Shown piece after piece: positions 10,197-21,722 of a stretch of DNA of 64,000 bases. The first letter of the stretch is position 1. Every line of letters starts with the position of its first letter. The position numbers and the translations under genes are program-made. This DNA comes from an uncultured delta proteobacterium (GTDB lineage: Bacteria > Desulfobacterota > RBG-13-43-22), in NCBI GenBank assembly GCA_963821645.1, contig CAWGEQ010000039.1, positions 76,402-140,401 on the forward strand, in the 5' to 3' direction. Below the pieces are notes generated by a model. That model made no database searches. It worked only from the letters and a program-made list of their open reading frames with translations, and had not been told where the DNA came from.

Positions 10197-11378
10197 ATGA
10201 AATTTTTTGATCGGATCGAACCGGCCCTTTTCCTGGACCGTCCGAATCGGTTTCTGGTGCGCTGCCTGAAAGGTCAGGCGGAAATAAAGGCCTTTCTGCC
10301 CAACCCCGGCCGGCTTCAGGAATTGTTGCTTCCGGGCAGCCGATTATTCTTGGTTCACGATACGACTTCATCCAAACGGCGTTATCCTTATACCGTGGTG
10401 GGTGTGGAGCGCGATGGAGTGCCCATCATGCTCCACACTCACAAGACCAATGAGGTGGCCGCCTATTTGATCGATCGGCACAAGGTCCCCGGTCTGGAAG
10501 GGGCCCGGGTCATCGGAAAGGAGATCCCGGTCGGACACTCCCGGTTTGATTTGCTCGTAGAAAATCAGGGAGAAGAGATCCTGATGGAAGTAAAGTCCTG
10601 CACCCTGGTGGGGGACCAAACGGCCATGTTCCCCGATGCCGTGACGGAAAGGGGAAGCAGACATCTTCGAGAGCTGGCCGGGCTGTCGAGGGAAGGCCGA
10701 AGAACGGCCGTTCTTTTTGTCATTCATTGGCCGAAAGCCAGATTTTTTCTGCCCGATTATCACACCGATCTTACTTTTGCCCGGACCCTGCTGGCCTGTC
10801 GGAATCAAATCCACTTTTTCCCTATGGCGGTGAAATGGGGAAAAGATCTCTCCCTGAGTTCCGAGGTCAAGCCATTGCTTATTCCCTGGGAGATCATTGA
10901 TAGGGAGGCCCAAGACCGGGGAAGCTACCTGTTGATCCTGAGGTTAACCGAGAGAAAAACCATCTCCATTGGGAAATTAGGGGCAATCACTTTCCCGCCC
11001 GGGTATTATATTTATGTGGGCTCGGCCATGGCCAATCTGTCCGCCCGGATGGAGCGGCACCACCGCCTTCGAAAAAATCTTCACTGGCACATCGATTATC
11101 TGAGGGCCGAGGCCGAATTTCATTCGGTCCTTCCCATCCGCGCCTCGGATTCCCTGGAATGTGCCCTCGCCGGGAAGATAAAAGAAATCGCCGAATGGAC
11201 CATCCCCGACTTCGGATCCTCCGATTGTGCCTGCCCGAGCCATCTTTTCGCCCTGGCTTCAAACCCCTTCCATTCCCGGGAGTTCCTTGAGGTACTTCAA
11301 TATTTCCGGATGGACCGCCTTGGCCTTTTTTTACAAGACAAGGCCGTTCGCACCATCCGGAAGCCCGAAGTTTCCTGA
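10197..11378 (+). CDS. sfsA: SfsA nuclease fused to a DUF123/GIY-YIG domain
   Basis: N-terminal RPNRF, NPGRL, SRFD, EVKS, FPDAVTERG; C-terminal GSYLL..GYYIYVGSA, HWHIDYL, FGSSDCAC. Confidence 0.88.
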   Translation: MKFFDRIEPALFLDRPNRFLVRCLKGQAEIKAFLPNPGRLQELLLPGSRLFLVHDTTSSKRRYPYTVVGVERDGVPIMLHTHKTNEVAAYLIDRHKVPGLEGARVIGKEIPVGHSRFDLLVENQGEEILMEVKSCTLVGDQTAMFPDAVTERGSRHLRELAGLSREGRRTAVLFVIHWPKARFFLPDYHTDLTFARTLLACRNQIHFFPMAVKWGKDLSLSSEVKPLLIPWEIIDREAQDRGSYLLILRLTERKTISIGKLGAITFPPGYYIYVGSAMANLSARMERHHRLRKNLHWHIDYLRAEAEFHSVLPIRASDSLECALAGKIKEIAEWTIPDFGSSDCACPSHLFALASNPFHSREFLEVLQYFRMDRLGLFLQDKAVRTIRKPEVS

Positions 11379-11389
11379 TAAAAATCTAT

Positions 11390-11500
11390 TTACGGTTTTC
11401 TTTTCGGTTGCTTGTCCTGTTTCTTTTTGGCATTTTGGCCTTGTTTGCTGGCCTTTTGTTTTTGGCCCTTGTCTTTGTCCTTCTTGCCTTTGTCTCCCAT
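11390..11500 (-). CDS. Small Lys/Gln-rich basic protein (36 aa)
   Basis: MGDKGKKDKDKGQKQKASKQGQNAKKKQDKQPKRKP, preceded by an AAGGAG RBS; below the ORF-track length cutoff. Confidence 0.65.
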   Translation of the reverse strand: MGDKGKKDKDKGQKQKASKQGQNAKKKQDKQPKRKP

Positions 11501-11558
11501 GTTCGATCTCCTTTTTTTGTTTATTTGTACCAATTTAGTTGTTTGAAAAAGCTTTTAT

Positions 11559-11594
11559 AAATCTCTCCCGGCCTCCCTTTTTCAAAGGGAGGAG
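11559..11594. repeat. REP-like hairpin
   Basis: CCTCCCTTT-TTC-AAAGGGAGG stem between co-oriented genes. Confidence 0.55.
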
Positions 11595-11635
11595 CTTGCC
11601 TAATCAGCCTCATAAAAAAATATACCCCGATCCAT

Positions 11636-12977
11636 TTATTTGGCAAAAGGAATGACCCAGATGAACATGGCCGGGAGATAACAGAACATAAGGGAGATGA
11701 CCACATAAGGCACGGTCATTCCAAAAAACTCTCTCAGGTTCACTTTTCTCTGGTCTTCCTTTTCTCCCATATTCTTGGCGACGAATAAGGCCGGGGCCCC
11801 GGCTATGGAGAGATTGCTCCCCAAGGTCCCGGCCCAGAGCAACATCCAATACAGGGGCCAGGGATTGATGGCCTGGGCCTTGGCCAGGTCCCGGATGACA
11901 TAGAGCAGGGTCAGGATATAGGCGTCATGTTCCACAATGCCGACGATCGGCGCGGTTACCCAGTATAACAGGGTACTCCCGGCGATGAGATTCCTTTGGA
12001 TAAGAGGCGTAATGGCCCCGGCGATAATGTTGATGACGCCGGCATGCTCCAATCCCCCCACCAGGGCAAAGAGGGAAACGTAAAAAAAGACGGCCCGCCA
12101 GTCCAACTCGGCCAACACCTGCTCGGCCGTGGGTATCTCCAGGGTAAAAAACTTCCTGAAGAGCTCGAAGATAAGGGCCAGGAACAAGGCGCCGCACATG
12201 GCGATAAATCCCAGATGAAAACCGAACAGGGGGCGTAAGGCCATGGCGATGATGGTCAGCAGGAAAACACCACAACTGACGACGGCAAAGGGTTTATCTT
12301 TAATATGGTCTATGGGGCGTTCTTCTATGGAGGCCACGTCCATCGAGATGCCCTTATATTTCCGGGAAAACACCCGGTAGAAGTAGGCACAGGTGATGAG
12401 GTAGGAAATGGTCAGGATAAAAAAGGAGGAGGGCCTTCCGGAATGCCACAAAGAAGCCGCTGAATTCGATGCCGGAGACACTGTGGAGCATTTGCGGGGG
12501 CAGATCACCTAAGAGCATGGCCGTCCCCATAAAGTTGGAACACAAGCCGACGAACAAAACCGGCGCAAAAGCCTGAAAATGAAACCGTCTGCAGGCATAA
12601 AAGACCACCGGGGCGAACATTAAAACCACCACGACGTTATCGATCAACATGGAGACAAAACCAGCCAGCATGCCGATAAAGGTGACGAACACGGCTACGT
12701 TGCCCTTAGATATCTTCAGAATAATCGCTGCTAAAAAATCAGGAACTCCTGATTTGCCGAAGTAACCGGAGATGATCCAGATGCTGACCAGAATCAGGAT
12801 GACGTTCCAGTCGACGACCTGGAAGGCTTGAACCTCGGTCATGAGGCCGAATAATATCATGGCCAGGACGCCCAACAAGGCCGCTATAACGCTATCGATC
12901 CAACCGGTGATGACCAGGATGATGCTGGCCAGAAAGATGATACTCCCTGCAACCTGTGCATATTCCACGGCAGGCAC
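11636..12977 (-). CDS. ArsB/NhaD (SLC13-like) anion permease; +1 frameshift near 12451 as sequenced
   Basis: IDNV, GTAMLLGD and GTLGSNLSIAGA motifs split over two overlapping ORFs. Confidence 0.82.
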
Positions 12978-13014
12978 TCCTTTTTATATATTTCAGGTCA
13001 ACCGATTTCTCCCC

Positions 13015-13437
13015 TTATTTGGACTTTCCTTTTTCCCGGGCCGCCCGCTGCTTCAGATATTGCCTCCAGGGGGCCCAATAGTAAATTTCCCAGCCCTGGC
13101 TGACGCCGGAAAAATCGTGATCGGCCACATTCACCTGAACGAGTTCGATCCGCGTTCCGCGGCCCTCCGGCCAGAAAGTCAGGATCAGAGTCGAATCAAT
13201 GTCCTTGGCCTTCCAATGGGCCGCCCTCCAGGATTGAACGATCAACCGCTTCGGGACCACCTGGAGGATGGTTCCCTGAAGGGCATTATTGAAGGCCCTA
13301 AACTTCGCTCCGGCCCGGGCCCCGATGGAAACCGGGGCGCCGGTAAAGGCGGCATGGGCCTTGGGATCGAGATACATATCAAAAAGTTCATCGGGGCGCG
13401 CTGGTAAGGACGCCGCCAGATGGATGGTTTTTGGCAT
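13015..13437 (-). CDS. SRPBCC/Aha1-domain protein
   Basis: KRLIVQSWR and GWEIYYWAPW motifs. Confidence 0.85.
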   Translation of the reverse strand: MPKTIHLAASLPARPDELFDMYLDPKAHAAFTGAPVSIGARAGAKFRAFNNALQGTILQVVPKRLIVQSWRAAHWKAKDIDSTLILTFWPEGRGTRIELVQVNVADHDFSGVSQGWEIYYWAPWRQYLKQRAAREKGKSK

Positions 13438-13472
13438 GAATTTCCCCCCTTCCTTGATGTGAACCTTTTTAT

Positions 13473-14273
13473 TTAGGCTGCCTCGTTAAAAAGGGCCGTC
13501 CTGCCGCCGTCCACCACCAGGTCGTGACAGTTGACGAATCGGCCCTCATCGCTGGCCAGAAAAAGGGCCGCGGTGGCGATGTCTTTGGCCAGACCGGCCG
13601 TCCTCAGCGGGGTGGCCTTGGCCAGGTTTTTGATCAGTTTTTCCATCTTCCGTTCATTGATTGCCGGGTCGAGGGTATTGGCCACCTCGGAACCGCCCCA
13701 AAAAATCGGTGTGGCAATGGCCCCCGGAGAGATGCAGTTTACCCGAATGCCGAATGGACCGAGCTCCACGCCGGCCACCCTGGTCAGATGGGTCACGGCC
13801 GCCTTGGCCGCGCTGTAAAGGTATTGCCCCTGACCCGTCCGCAGGGCCGCGACGCTGGAGGTGTTGATGATGCAGCCTGAACCCTGGGACTTCATGACCG
13901 GCACGGCGTACTTGATCCCGAAGACCACACTCCCCAGCAACAGGTTCAGGCTGTACATAAAATCCTCCGGGGTGACGGTCTCCAAGGTGCCCCGGCTGGG
14001 TCCGCCGGCGTTATTGAAAAGGCAGTCCAGGCGCCCGAAACGAGAGACGGTTTGATCGATTAAGGCCTTTATCTCTCCGTCGTTGACGACGTCGGTCCGT
14101 TGATAGACCACGTTTTTACCCAAACGGTCGGCCAGGGCGGCCCCTTTTGCCTCCGACCGTCCGGCGATGACCACCTTGGCCCCCTCAGCCGCAAAGACTT
14201 CTGCCGAGGCCTCCCCGATACCGCTGGTCCCGCCGGTGATGACCGCCACTTTTCCCTCTAATCTGCCATTCAT
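13473..14273 (-). CDS. Short-chain dehydrogenase/reductase
   Basis: TGGTSGIG, NNAG and YSAAK motifs. Confidence 0.95.
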   Translation of the reverse strand: MNGRLEGKVAVITGGTSGIGEASAEVFAAEGAKVVIAGRSEAKGAALADRLGKNVVYQRTDVVNDGEIKALIDQTVSRFGRLDCLFNNAGGPSRGTLETVTPEDFMYSLNLLLGSVVFGIKYAVPVMKSQGSGCIINTSSVAALRTGQGQYLYSAAKAAVTHLTRVAGVELGPFGIRVNCISPGAIATPIFWGGSEVANTLDPAINERKMEKLIKNLAKATPLRTAGLAKDIATAALFLASDEGRFVNCHDLVVDGGRTALFNEAA

Positions 14274-14433
14274 GAATCTGCCTCCCTATAAAAAATAAAT
14301 GAAAAATTAACATATCAAGATCTTTCCGGCAATTCAAATCATTTCCTGCTTTTTCTTTGACGAAAACTTCGCAAAAGGTTAACATAATACCCGGTCAATT
14401 ATTCAAGGACATCCAAGGGCGAGGGAGATTTTC

Positions 14434-14883
14434 ATGAAGCTGAAGCAATTATCCATTTTTCTGGAAAACGCCCCCGGGCGCCTGTATGAAGCCACCCAGG
14501 CCTTGGCCTCGGCCGGTCTCAACATCCGACTCCTCAGCATCTGCGACACCTCGGACTTCGGGGTCCTTCGTCTGGTGGTCTCCGATCTTTCCACGGCCCG
14601 CCGGGTGATCATGGAAAAGCACCTTCCGGCCCGGGTGGATGACGTCATCGTCGCCGAGATCGAGGATACCCCCGGCAGCCTGGCCCAGGTCCTCTACCTG
14701 TTCAAGGAGTCCCAGGTGAACGTTGATTATATGTACGCCTTGTCCGGGACCGGAACCATCTCCGGAAAGGCCGTCCTGGTCTTCCGCTTCAGCGACAATG
14801 ACCGGGCCGTCGAGATACTCCAGGGCCACAACGTAAAACTCCTGGATGCTCAAGCCCTGGGAATTCTCGAGAATGCCGCCTGA
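14434..14883 (+). CDS. Tandem ACT-domain protein
   Basis: KQLSIFLENAPGRL and EDTPGSL; TTGACG-N17-TAACAT upstream. Confidence 0.9.
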   Translation: MKLKQLSIFLENAPGRLYEATQALASAGLNIRLLSICDTSDFGVLRLVVSDLSTARRVIMEKHLPARVDDVIVAEIEDTPGSLAQVLYLFKESQVNVDYMYALSGTGTISGKAVLVFRFSDNDRAVEILQGHNVKLLDAQALGILENAA

Positions 14884-14919
14884 TTTTTCCGGCCCCTCTC
14901 TGGAAAAGGAGTCCGTCCA

Positions 14920-15865
14920 ATGAAGGTCAAAAGCAGTTACCATCCCAAAAAATTCGGCGTCATCGGCGCCGGCCCGGTGGGCGCCATCGTGGCCGCCTTC
15001 CTCACCAGGGGGGGCTATGAGGTCACCTTGTGCGATGTTGTTCCGGGTCTTCTGGCGCCGGCCCTGGATCCCGGCATCATCATCGAGGGGGCCGATACCC
15101 TTCAGGCCAAGGTGGCCAGGACGACCACCCGCATCGACGACCTGTTCGAAGATCCTCCCGATGTGATCATGGTCACCGTCAAGGCCACGGCCCTGCCCTT
15201 GATCGCCTCGGCCCTGGAGGGGTTTGTGGCCGAGGGACGTTATGTGGTCAGTTGGCAGAACGGCATCGACACCGAACTGGTCCTGGCCCAAAACCTCGGG
15301 GTTCAAAGCGGTGATGCGGGGCGTGGTCAATTACGGCTGTGTGCCCATAGGCCCGGCCCATGTCCGGATCGCCTTCCACCATCGTCCCCATTTTCTCCAG
15401 GAACTCGACCCCCGGTCCAAGGAGGCTGCCATGGGGATCTGCCGGGTCTTCACCGAGTGCGGACTGGACACCGAGCATACCGATCAGATTAAAAATATGG
15501 TCTGGCGCAAAGCCGTGCTTAACGCCTGCATGAACCCCATTTGCGCCGTAACCCGCAAAACCATGGTGGAGACCATTATCGACCCCATCCTCTTCAACCT
15601 GGTGGATGCCCTCATCAAAGAAGGGGTGGCCGTGGCCAGGGCCAATGAATTCGCCCTGGGCTCGGACTTCTATCCTTACTGCGTCAATTACATCAAAAAT
15701 GCCGGCAACCATAAACCTTCCATGCTTCAGGACATCGAGGCGGGCCGCCGGACCGAGATCGATTATATCAACGGTAAAATCTGCGAATACGGCCTCCAGG
15801 CCGGCCTGGCCACCCCTTACAACACCATGATCCGCGGTCTGGTCAAGGCCCTCGAGCCCAAGTGA
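14920..15865 (+). CDS. panE: Ketopantoate reductase family; +1 frameshift in a G-run near 15300
   Basis: GAGPVG, VKA and QNG in the first ORF; WRKAVLN and SMLQDIEAGRRTEIDYING in the second. Confidence 0.85.
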
Positions 15866-15958
15866 CCAGGAGATCCTCCTGAAGGTGACCGCCGCTTCGA
15901 AACCCTTTCGATATTCTCCCTTCATCCGGAAAATGATGATCAATGAAAGTGAGGCCTT

Positions 15959-17080
15959 ATGTTTGACCTAACCAAGGTAGGAGAACAATTCGGAAAAGAA
16001 TGCCTGGGCTGCGGGCTTTGTCTGGAGGCCTGTCCTATCATCCCGAACACCGCCCTTAAGGGAGTCGATCCTGAAAAGATCATGAGAGAAATATTAGACC
16101 TTTTTCAGCATAAAAAGGTCGGGGACTTAGCCAGAACCAGGATTTATACCTGCCTGTCCTGTAATACCTGCCTGACCAGTTGTCCCCAAGCCCTCAACCC
16201 CGGTCTTGGTTTTGCCGTGGCCAAGGCGATCCTTCAGGAGATAGGGGACCCGATACCGAAAGGCGTTGCTTCAATCCTGACGGTGGCCCAAACGTTGATC
16301 GACGGGGCTATCCCCTTCTTTCAGGAAGGGGCCGAGAAGGCGGACCGGTTGATAACCGACCCGACCACTAAAAGGGAAAAACCGGCTAAAACGGTCCTCT
16401 TCTCCAGTTGTTTCGGACTCATCCAAAGGGAAGTCGTTGCCACCGCCCTAAAGATACTTCAGCGGATCGATCCGACGGTTGTCGCCTTTGGGGGGTTTAA
16501 TGCCTGTTGCGGAGAACTCCAACTCATCGCCGGGAAACCGGAAGAAGCGGAAAGGCAATTTCGCACGGTGATAGAGGGCATAGACACCCTTGCACCCGAA
16601 GAGGTGGTCATCTTTTGTCCGACCTGCCAGATGAATTTTGACCATCATAACCCCGAGACCCAATGGTCCTGGAGTTTCATCACCGATTTCATCATCGAAC
16701 ATCTTGAAGACCTGGGTCCTTTAAAGGAAATCAAGGCCACGGTTACGATTCACGACCCCTGCCACTTCGTTCGGGGAGTAAAGCCGGGATCGGAATCTCC
16801 CAGAAAAATTTTACAGGCCATACCCGGTCTAAGGATCATTGAAATGGAAAATACCGGGGAAAATGCCTTGTGTTGCGGGGCCTATGCCATAACCGGGGCG
16901 GGGAGGCCAGGGTTTGAATTCCGGGACCGACGACTAAAACAGGCCCAAGACACCGGCGCCGATATTTTGAGCCTCTATTGTCCGGGCTGCCAAATAGTCT
17001 TAGGGCCTGAAGGGCCGAACAGGTCTCTGCAGGTTGAATCCATTCTCACCCTTCTGGCGGAGTCTCTGGGAATAAAATAG
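15959..17080 (+). CDS. Fe-S/CCG-domain oxidoreductase (HdrD/GlpC-like)
   Basis: Two CxxCxxCxxxCP motifs, two CCG motifs, HDPCH. Confidence 0.88.
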   Translation: MFDLTKVGEQFGKECLGCGLCLEACPIIPNTALKGVDPEKIMREILDLFQHKKVGDLARTRIYTCLSCNTCLTSCPQALNPGLGFAVAKAILQEIGDPIPKGVASILTVAQTLIDGAIPFFQEGAEKADRLITDPTTKREKPAKTVLFSSCFGLIQREVVATALKILQRIDPTVVAFGGFNACCGELQLIAGKPEEAERQFRTVIEGIDTLAPEEVVIFCPTCQMNFDHHNPETQWSWSFITDFIIEHLEDLGPLKEIKATVTIHDPCHFVRGVKPGSESPRKILQAIPGLRIIEMENTGENALCCGAYAITGAGRPGFEFRDRRLKQAQDTGADILSLYCPGCQIVLGPEGPNRSLQVESILTLLAESLGIK

Positions 17081-17084
17081 GATT

Positions 17085-17360
17085 TTATTTGTAATAACAG
17101 ATATAGGCCACGCCGCTGGGGGCATCGATATCGAAGGAGGCCTTTGGCGGGACAACGAATTGGTCGTTTTTGTTGAACTGCTGCCAGGAATTTCCTGGCA
17201 GCTTCACATTTAGGGAACCGGCGACAATAAACATATGCTCTTGGGTATCGGTGGAAAAGGTGTACTTCCCCGGTTCGATGACCCCTACGGTGGCATAGCC
17301 ATCCGGAGTGTTGAGCCCCAGGCTTTGCACCTTTCCTTCAAAATAGGAATTATGTTTCAT
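17085..17360 (-). CDS. ppnP: Pyrimidine/purine nucleoside phosphorylase (YaiE/DUF1255)
   Basis: HNSYFEGKVQS, ATVGV..PG.Y.F.T, C-terminal YICYY. Confidence 0.88.
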   Translation of the reverse strand: MKHNSYFEGKVQSLGLNTPDGYATVGVIEPGKYTFSTDTQEHMFIVAGSLNVKLPGNSWQQFNKNDQFVVPPKASFDIDAPSGVAYICYYK

Positions 17361-17598
17361 GACTGATCGTTCTCCTTATAGGATTGATTCGAACTTCCAA
17401 AACCTTTGGCCTATACCCTTAAATACCGGTCATGGCAAGGGTCATCCTCTCTTGCTTAAGCGGTCGTCTTTCCCGGTAGATCCATCTTTTCCCTGGCGGC
17501 CTGGGCCCGTTTCTGTACTTCCTTCGCAGTCGGGTCCTCCTTATGGGTGGCCAACCCCCAGGAATGGCCGAAGAGGTCCTTTTGGGTTCGGTGAAAAC

Positions 17599-17796
17599 TC
17601 AGGATGACCCTTTGTGGACCACCTGGCAATCATTGCATCCGCAAACCGGGCAGGTGATCGTTTCACCCAACTCGCTCTCCTTCACATCCTTACTCATCAA
17701 CCGATCCACGAACACTTTAAAACCATGACCACATTCCCGGCAGAGGGCTTCCGTCTCCTCCATTTCCTCTATTTCCCGGCTGTCTTTTTGTTCCAT
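17599..17796 (-). CDS. Small zinc-ribbon protein
   Basis: CRECG and CPVCGCNDC motifs. Confidence 0.55.
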   Translation of the reverse strand: MEQKDSREIEEMEETEALCRECGHGFKVFVDRLMSKDVKESELGETITCPVCGCNDCQVVHKGSS

Positions 17797-18010
17797 TGTC
17801 TTTTCCCTTTTTTGTTTTTACAGAATGGATAAATTTTCTTTTAATTTTACCTGGAAAGAATGAAAAAGAAAATAAAGGCAATGCCTTATTTTTATGCCTG
17901 AAACGGCGTATTTTTAGATGAGGGTTCTTTATTATCTGAGACAATTCGACTATGGCTGGACCCTGGATCGGCTGCAGCGGTGCGACTCGTCAAGAGATAA
18001 GACCCCTGGA

Positions 18011-19753
18011 TCATTTGTCCCGCCTGGCCTTTCCGGCCTTGCACGATTTGAGCCTCCTGATCAATGAATCATAATCCAGGGTATTCAGGACGTCCTTTTT
18101 CTCCACCCATCCCCTTCGAGCCACGGATACCCCGTAGGTCATAAAATCATATTGGCTGAGGACATGGGTATCGGTATTGATGACCAAAGATACGCCGTAG
18201 TCCCTGGCCATTTTCAGGTGCCGATCGTTTAAGTCGAGCCGGAGGGGATAGGCGTTGATCTCCATGGCCACCCCGTAGCGGGCCGCTTCCTTGAGCACCG
18301 CATCCATATCGATGGCATAGGCGTCGCGCTCGCCGATCAGCCGTCCTGTGGGGTGGGCAATAACGCTCACGCAGGGGTTGCGGATCGCCGAAAGCATCCG
18401 TTCGGTAATCTGTTCCTGGGATTGCTTGAATCCCGAGTGGACGGAGGCCACGACAATGTCCAGCCCGGACAGGGCTTCATCCGACAAATCGAGCCGGCCG
18501 TCGGACCTGATGTCCACCTCCGTTCCCTTTAATATTCTAAAGCCGGTCAGCTTTTTATTGGCTTCATCGATGGCCTTGATTTCTTCGGCCAGCCTTGTTT
18601 CATCCAGGCCGTGGGCTATACCGAGCCCTTTGGTGTGATCGGTGACGGCGATGTACTGGTAACCTTTTTTCCGGGCCCCCTGAACCATGGTCTCCAGGTC
18701 GTGACTGCCGTCGGACCACTTGGTATGGACATGGAGGTCTCCCTTGATGTCTTCAATCGACACCAGGTCGGGGAGTTTCCCCTCTAACGCCGCTTCGATC
18801 TCGCCGGTGTCTTCCCGGAGTTCGGCGGGGATGAGGGGCATCTTGAGGGCCTTATAGACGTCCTCTTCCCTTTTCCCGCCGATCCGCTTCTCTCCCGGCT
18901 CTTGAAACACCCCATATTCGTTGATCTTGAGACCGGCCCGCACGGCCATTTCACGCAGTTTGATATTGTGCTGTTTGCTTCCGGTGAAGTACTGGAGGGC
19001 GGCGCCATAGGAGTCCTCCTCCACCACCCTCAGGTCAACCTGGATTCCTTCGTCGGTAATGACGGAGGATTTCGTCGGCCCGTGCATCAGGACCCGGCTT
19101 ACCTGGGGGAGTTTCGTAAAGACCTCCATGACCTTCTCGGGCTGTTTCGAAGTGGTCAGGATATCGATGTCATTGACGGTTTCCTTCCGCCGTCTGATGC
19201 TCCCGGCCACCATGATCCGGTCGACCGGTGCGCTGCCCTTTACCCGGCTGACGATGTCCTCGGCCAAAGGCAGCACCCTGCCCAGGGGCCGTCGTTCCGT
19301 TCCGCGTTTGATCAGCTCGATCCCTTTCAGGATATTCTCTTCGGTTTTTTTTTGGATGCCCGGGAGGCCGGCCAATTGCCCCGTACGGGTCAGGGTCTCC
19401 AGTTCGTCAATGCTTTTAATCTTTTTTTCTTCATAGAGCATCTTGGCCGTCTTCGGTCCCAAGCCGGGAACGCGAAGCAGTTCGAGAACCCCCTGGGGAA
19501 TTTGTTTTTTCAGCTCTTCGTGTTGGGCGACCTTTCCCGTGGTCAGATACTCCTGAATCTTACCGGCCAGGTCTTTTCCGATACCGGGTATGGATTCCAG
19601 TTCTTCCCGGGAGAGAGTGGCTACATCTTTCGGAAGACCGTCGATATTCTGGGCCGCCCGGCGGTAGGCCCTGACCCGGAAGACATTCTCTCCTTTGAGG
19701 TCGAGAAGCTCGGCTATTTCGTCAAAAATTTTGGCGATCTGCTGGTTTTTCAT
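18011..19753 (-). CDS. polX: DNA polymerase X with PHP exonuclease domain
   Basis: GSIRR..DIDIL, YFTGS, HVHT..SDG, HPTGR and TDTH motifs. Confidence 0.96.
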   Translation of the reverse strand: MKNQQIAKIFDEIAELLDLKGENVFRVRAYRRAAQNIDGLPKDVATLSREELESIPGIGKDLAGKIQEYLTTGKVAQHEELKKQIPQGVLELLRVPGLGPKTAKMLYEEKKIKSIDELETLTRTGQLAGLPGIQKKTEENILKGIELIKRGTERRPLGRVLPLAEDIVSRVKGSAPVDRIMVAGSIRRRKETVNDIDILTTSKQPEKVMEVFTKLPQVSRVLMHGPTKSSVITDEGIQVDLRVVEEDSYGAALQYFTGSKQHNIKLREMAVRAGLKINEYGVFQEPGEKRIGGKREEDVYKALKMPLIPAELREDTGEIEAALEGKLPDLVSIEDIKGDLHVHTKWSDGSHDLETMVQGARKKGYQYIAVTDHTKGLGIAHGLDETRLAEEIKAIDEANKKLTGFRILKGTEVDIRSDGRLDLSDEALSGLDIVVASVHSGFKQSQEQITERMLSAIRNPCVSVIAHPTGRLIGERDAYAIDMDAVLKEAARYGVAMEINAYPLRLDLNDRHLKMARDYGVSLVINTDTHVLSQYDFMTYGVSVARRGWVEKKDVLNTLDYDSLIRRLKSCKAGKARRDK

Positions 19754-19996
19754 AAGACCCTCCGAAAGCTTGCTGAATAGGCATTTTAACAGGGACAGCG
19801 AGCGAACTTCAAATAATAGATACTCACCTTATCCTGGAAGATTCCCCGTACTTTGGTGCGGAGAGCTTCAATTATAACACAGAAAAATATTCTTGGATTG
19901 TCCTGAAATAAAACTCTCATTTTCCCCCTTGTTCCATATTCCCCTTGACTCTCCTTTTCTCCTTTTATACCCTTTTATCCGGCCCCCTTCCTATTA

Positions 19997-20098
19997 ACCC
20001 CATGTCCCTCGGGACATCGCGATGAGGCGCCACGAAACATAACAATTTCCCCCCTCTCTCGCCCTCCCCCTCGGAAGGAGGGGAAGGGGTGGGGGTGG
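19997..20098. repeat. Cluster of REP-like palindromes
   Basis: ATGTCCC-TC-GGGACAT and an imperfect CCCCTC-GGAAG-GAGGGG stem in the divergent intergenic region. Confidence 0.5.
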
Positions 20099-20110
20099 AG
20101 AAGGACACCA

Positions 20111-20722
20111 ATGAAGGAACAATGGGTAGGCATCGACCTGGCGGGAAGCAATCAAAGACCCACAGGATTCTGCCTGTTGGAGGGAAGAGAAGCACGAGTT
20201 TCGGTCCTCTACACCGACGAAGAAATTCTTGAAGAAATCGGCAGTCAAGTCAAAGCAGTGGCCATCGATGCCCCCCTGTCCCTTCCGAAAGGTCGATGCT
20301 GTCTCGAAGACAATTGCGCCTGTGTCGGGAAGGCTCACTTCCGGGCCTGCGACCTGGAGCTGCGGAAGATGAAAATCAAATTCTTCCCCATCACCCTGGG
20401 CCCCATGCGTAAGCTGACCTTAAGGGGCCTGGCCCTCAAAGAGAAGTTGGAGAAAAGAGGGCTCCTGGTCTTCGAGACCTATCCGGGTGCGGCCCAGGAT
20501 ATTTGGGGGATTCCCCGACAGAAAAACCCGAAGGGGTTACAGGAGGGTTTGAAACGGTTCGGGATCAAAGGAAATTGGTTGGAGTCTCAAGTAACCGCCC
20601 ATGAACTCGATGCCCTGACCTGTGCCATAGTGGCCCGGGATTATATAAAAAGGAAGGCCATGGCCATCGGCGACCCGGAAGAAGGCCTGATGATACTTCC
20701 GAAAAAGACGATCGCTCTTTAA
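20111..20722 (+). CDS. DUF429 protein (predicted RNase H-like nuclease)
   Basis: VGIDLAG, IDAPLS, ETYP and HELDA motifs. Confidence 0.85.
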   Translation: MKEQWVGIDLAGSNQRPTGFCLLEGREARVSVLYTDEEILEEIGSQVKAVAIDAPLSLPKGRCCLEDNCACVGKAHFRACDLELRKMKIKFFPITLGPMRKLTLRGLALKEKLEKRGLLVFETYPGAAQDIWGIPRQKNPKGLQEGLKRFGIKGNWLESQVTAHELDALTCAIVARDYIKRKAMAIGDPEEGLMILPKKTIAL

Positions 20723-20749
20723 CAGGTTGGCTTCCTGCTATCTCCTTTA

Positions 20750-20801
20750 GCCCAATACGAAGTTCACCGGGACGAAAGAGTCCGCTGGTTGTTTGTTGGG
20801 C
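20750..20801 (-). repeat. Degenerate attC site
   Basis: GCCCAAC...GGTGAACT...ATTGGGC on the minus strand. Confidence 0.5.
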
Positions 20802-21722
20802 AACGGTGGTCGACTTTTTTCCTTCTCCATTGTCTGCAGGCTGACCCCGCCCCGCTTGACTCACCCACGTCTTCACGGCCGTCACCGCGTAACGTCATGG
20901 TTTTGAATCCCCACAGGCCGATAACAATCACCGCGGCTATGGCTATAATCACCGTGTTGGCCGCAAATGTGCTCGTCGGCTAATGGGCGTCCATCTTGCT
21001 GAATGATTCCATAGGTTGCATTGAACATGAAATGCATGAGGACCGCTGACAAGATGCTGCGATGGGTATTGTTGTAAACCCACGTAGTAAGTACCGACAG
21101 AGACACAACCTGGAGACACCAAAGCCAGAAAAGAAAGGTGCCAAATCCCATCCCTTGTTGAGGAGTGCCTTTGATAAAGAAAAGCGGGAAGTGCCATGCT
21201 GCCCAGATAATACCAAGAATCAGGCTCGCAACCAGTGCGTTCCATTTGTTCTGAAGGCGGTCGAGGGCGAAACCACGCCAGCCGAGTTCTTCACCGAGGG
21301 GACCGCCGATAATATTTGCGCCAATGTAGAGCATCAGGGCAGCAGGCTGCATGAGAGTCTGCTCCGCCCCTCGGAGTGGCGGAAGCGCACCTCCGAAGAG
21401 CTTATCTGCCAGCAGACCTAGACGCCAACAAAAAGGGGAACAGACAAATGATAACAGCGTACCACTTCAATCCAATCAACTTGAAGCTGACAACGCGCTT
21501 CCAGAAATCATCCCTACCGGCCCTGTCTGAGGTTAAATGGGTCAGTAGAATCCCTACCAGGCTTGGTACGGAGCAGGCAATAATCAAAGCAGGGACCGGA
21601 CCGTTTACCGTTTTACCGGATAGGATGTAGGGAACCCAGATAGCCCAAGAAAGACCATAGGTTAGTCCAAAGAAAAGCCAGGGAAATCTTGCGCTCATAT
21701 AGGTTGACTGTCGATCGGTCAA
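20764..21722 (-). CDS. CPBP/CAAX (Abi-family) intramembrane protease; two +1 frameshifts as sequenced
   Basis: GEELGWRG, WAAWH and HFMFN motifs across three overlapping ORFs. Confidence 0.82.

Noticed and set aside
17361-17598. Possible gene remnant (…EDPTAKEVQKRAQAAREKM…) on the minus strand
   Set aside because: No clear start or recognisable family.
18902-19780. Long antisense ORFs (here opposite polX; likewise opposite panE, ccoO, clpB, clpP)
   Set aside because: Shadow frames of GC-rich real genes with no motifs of their own.
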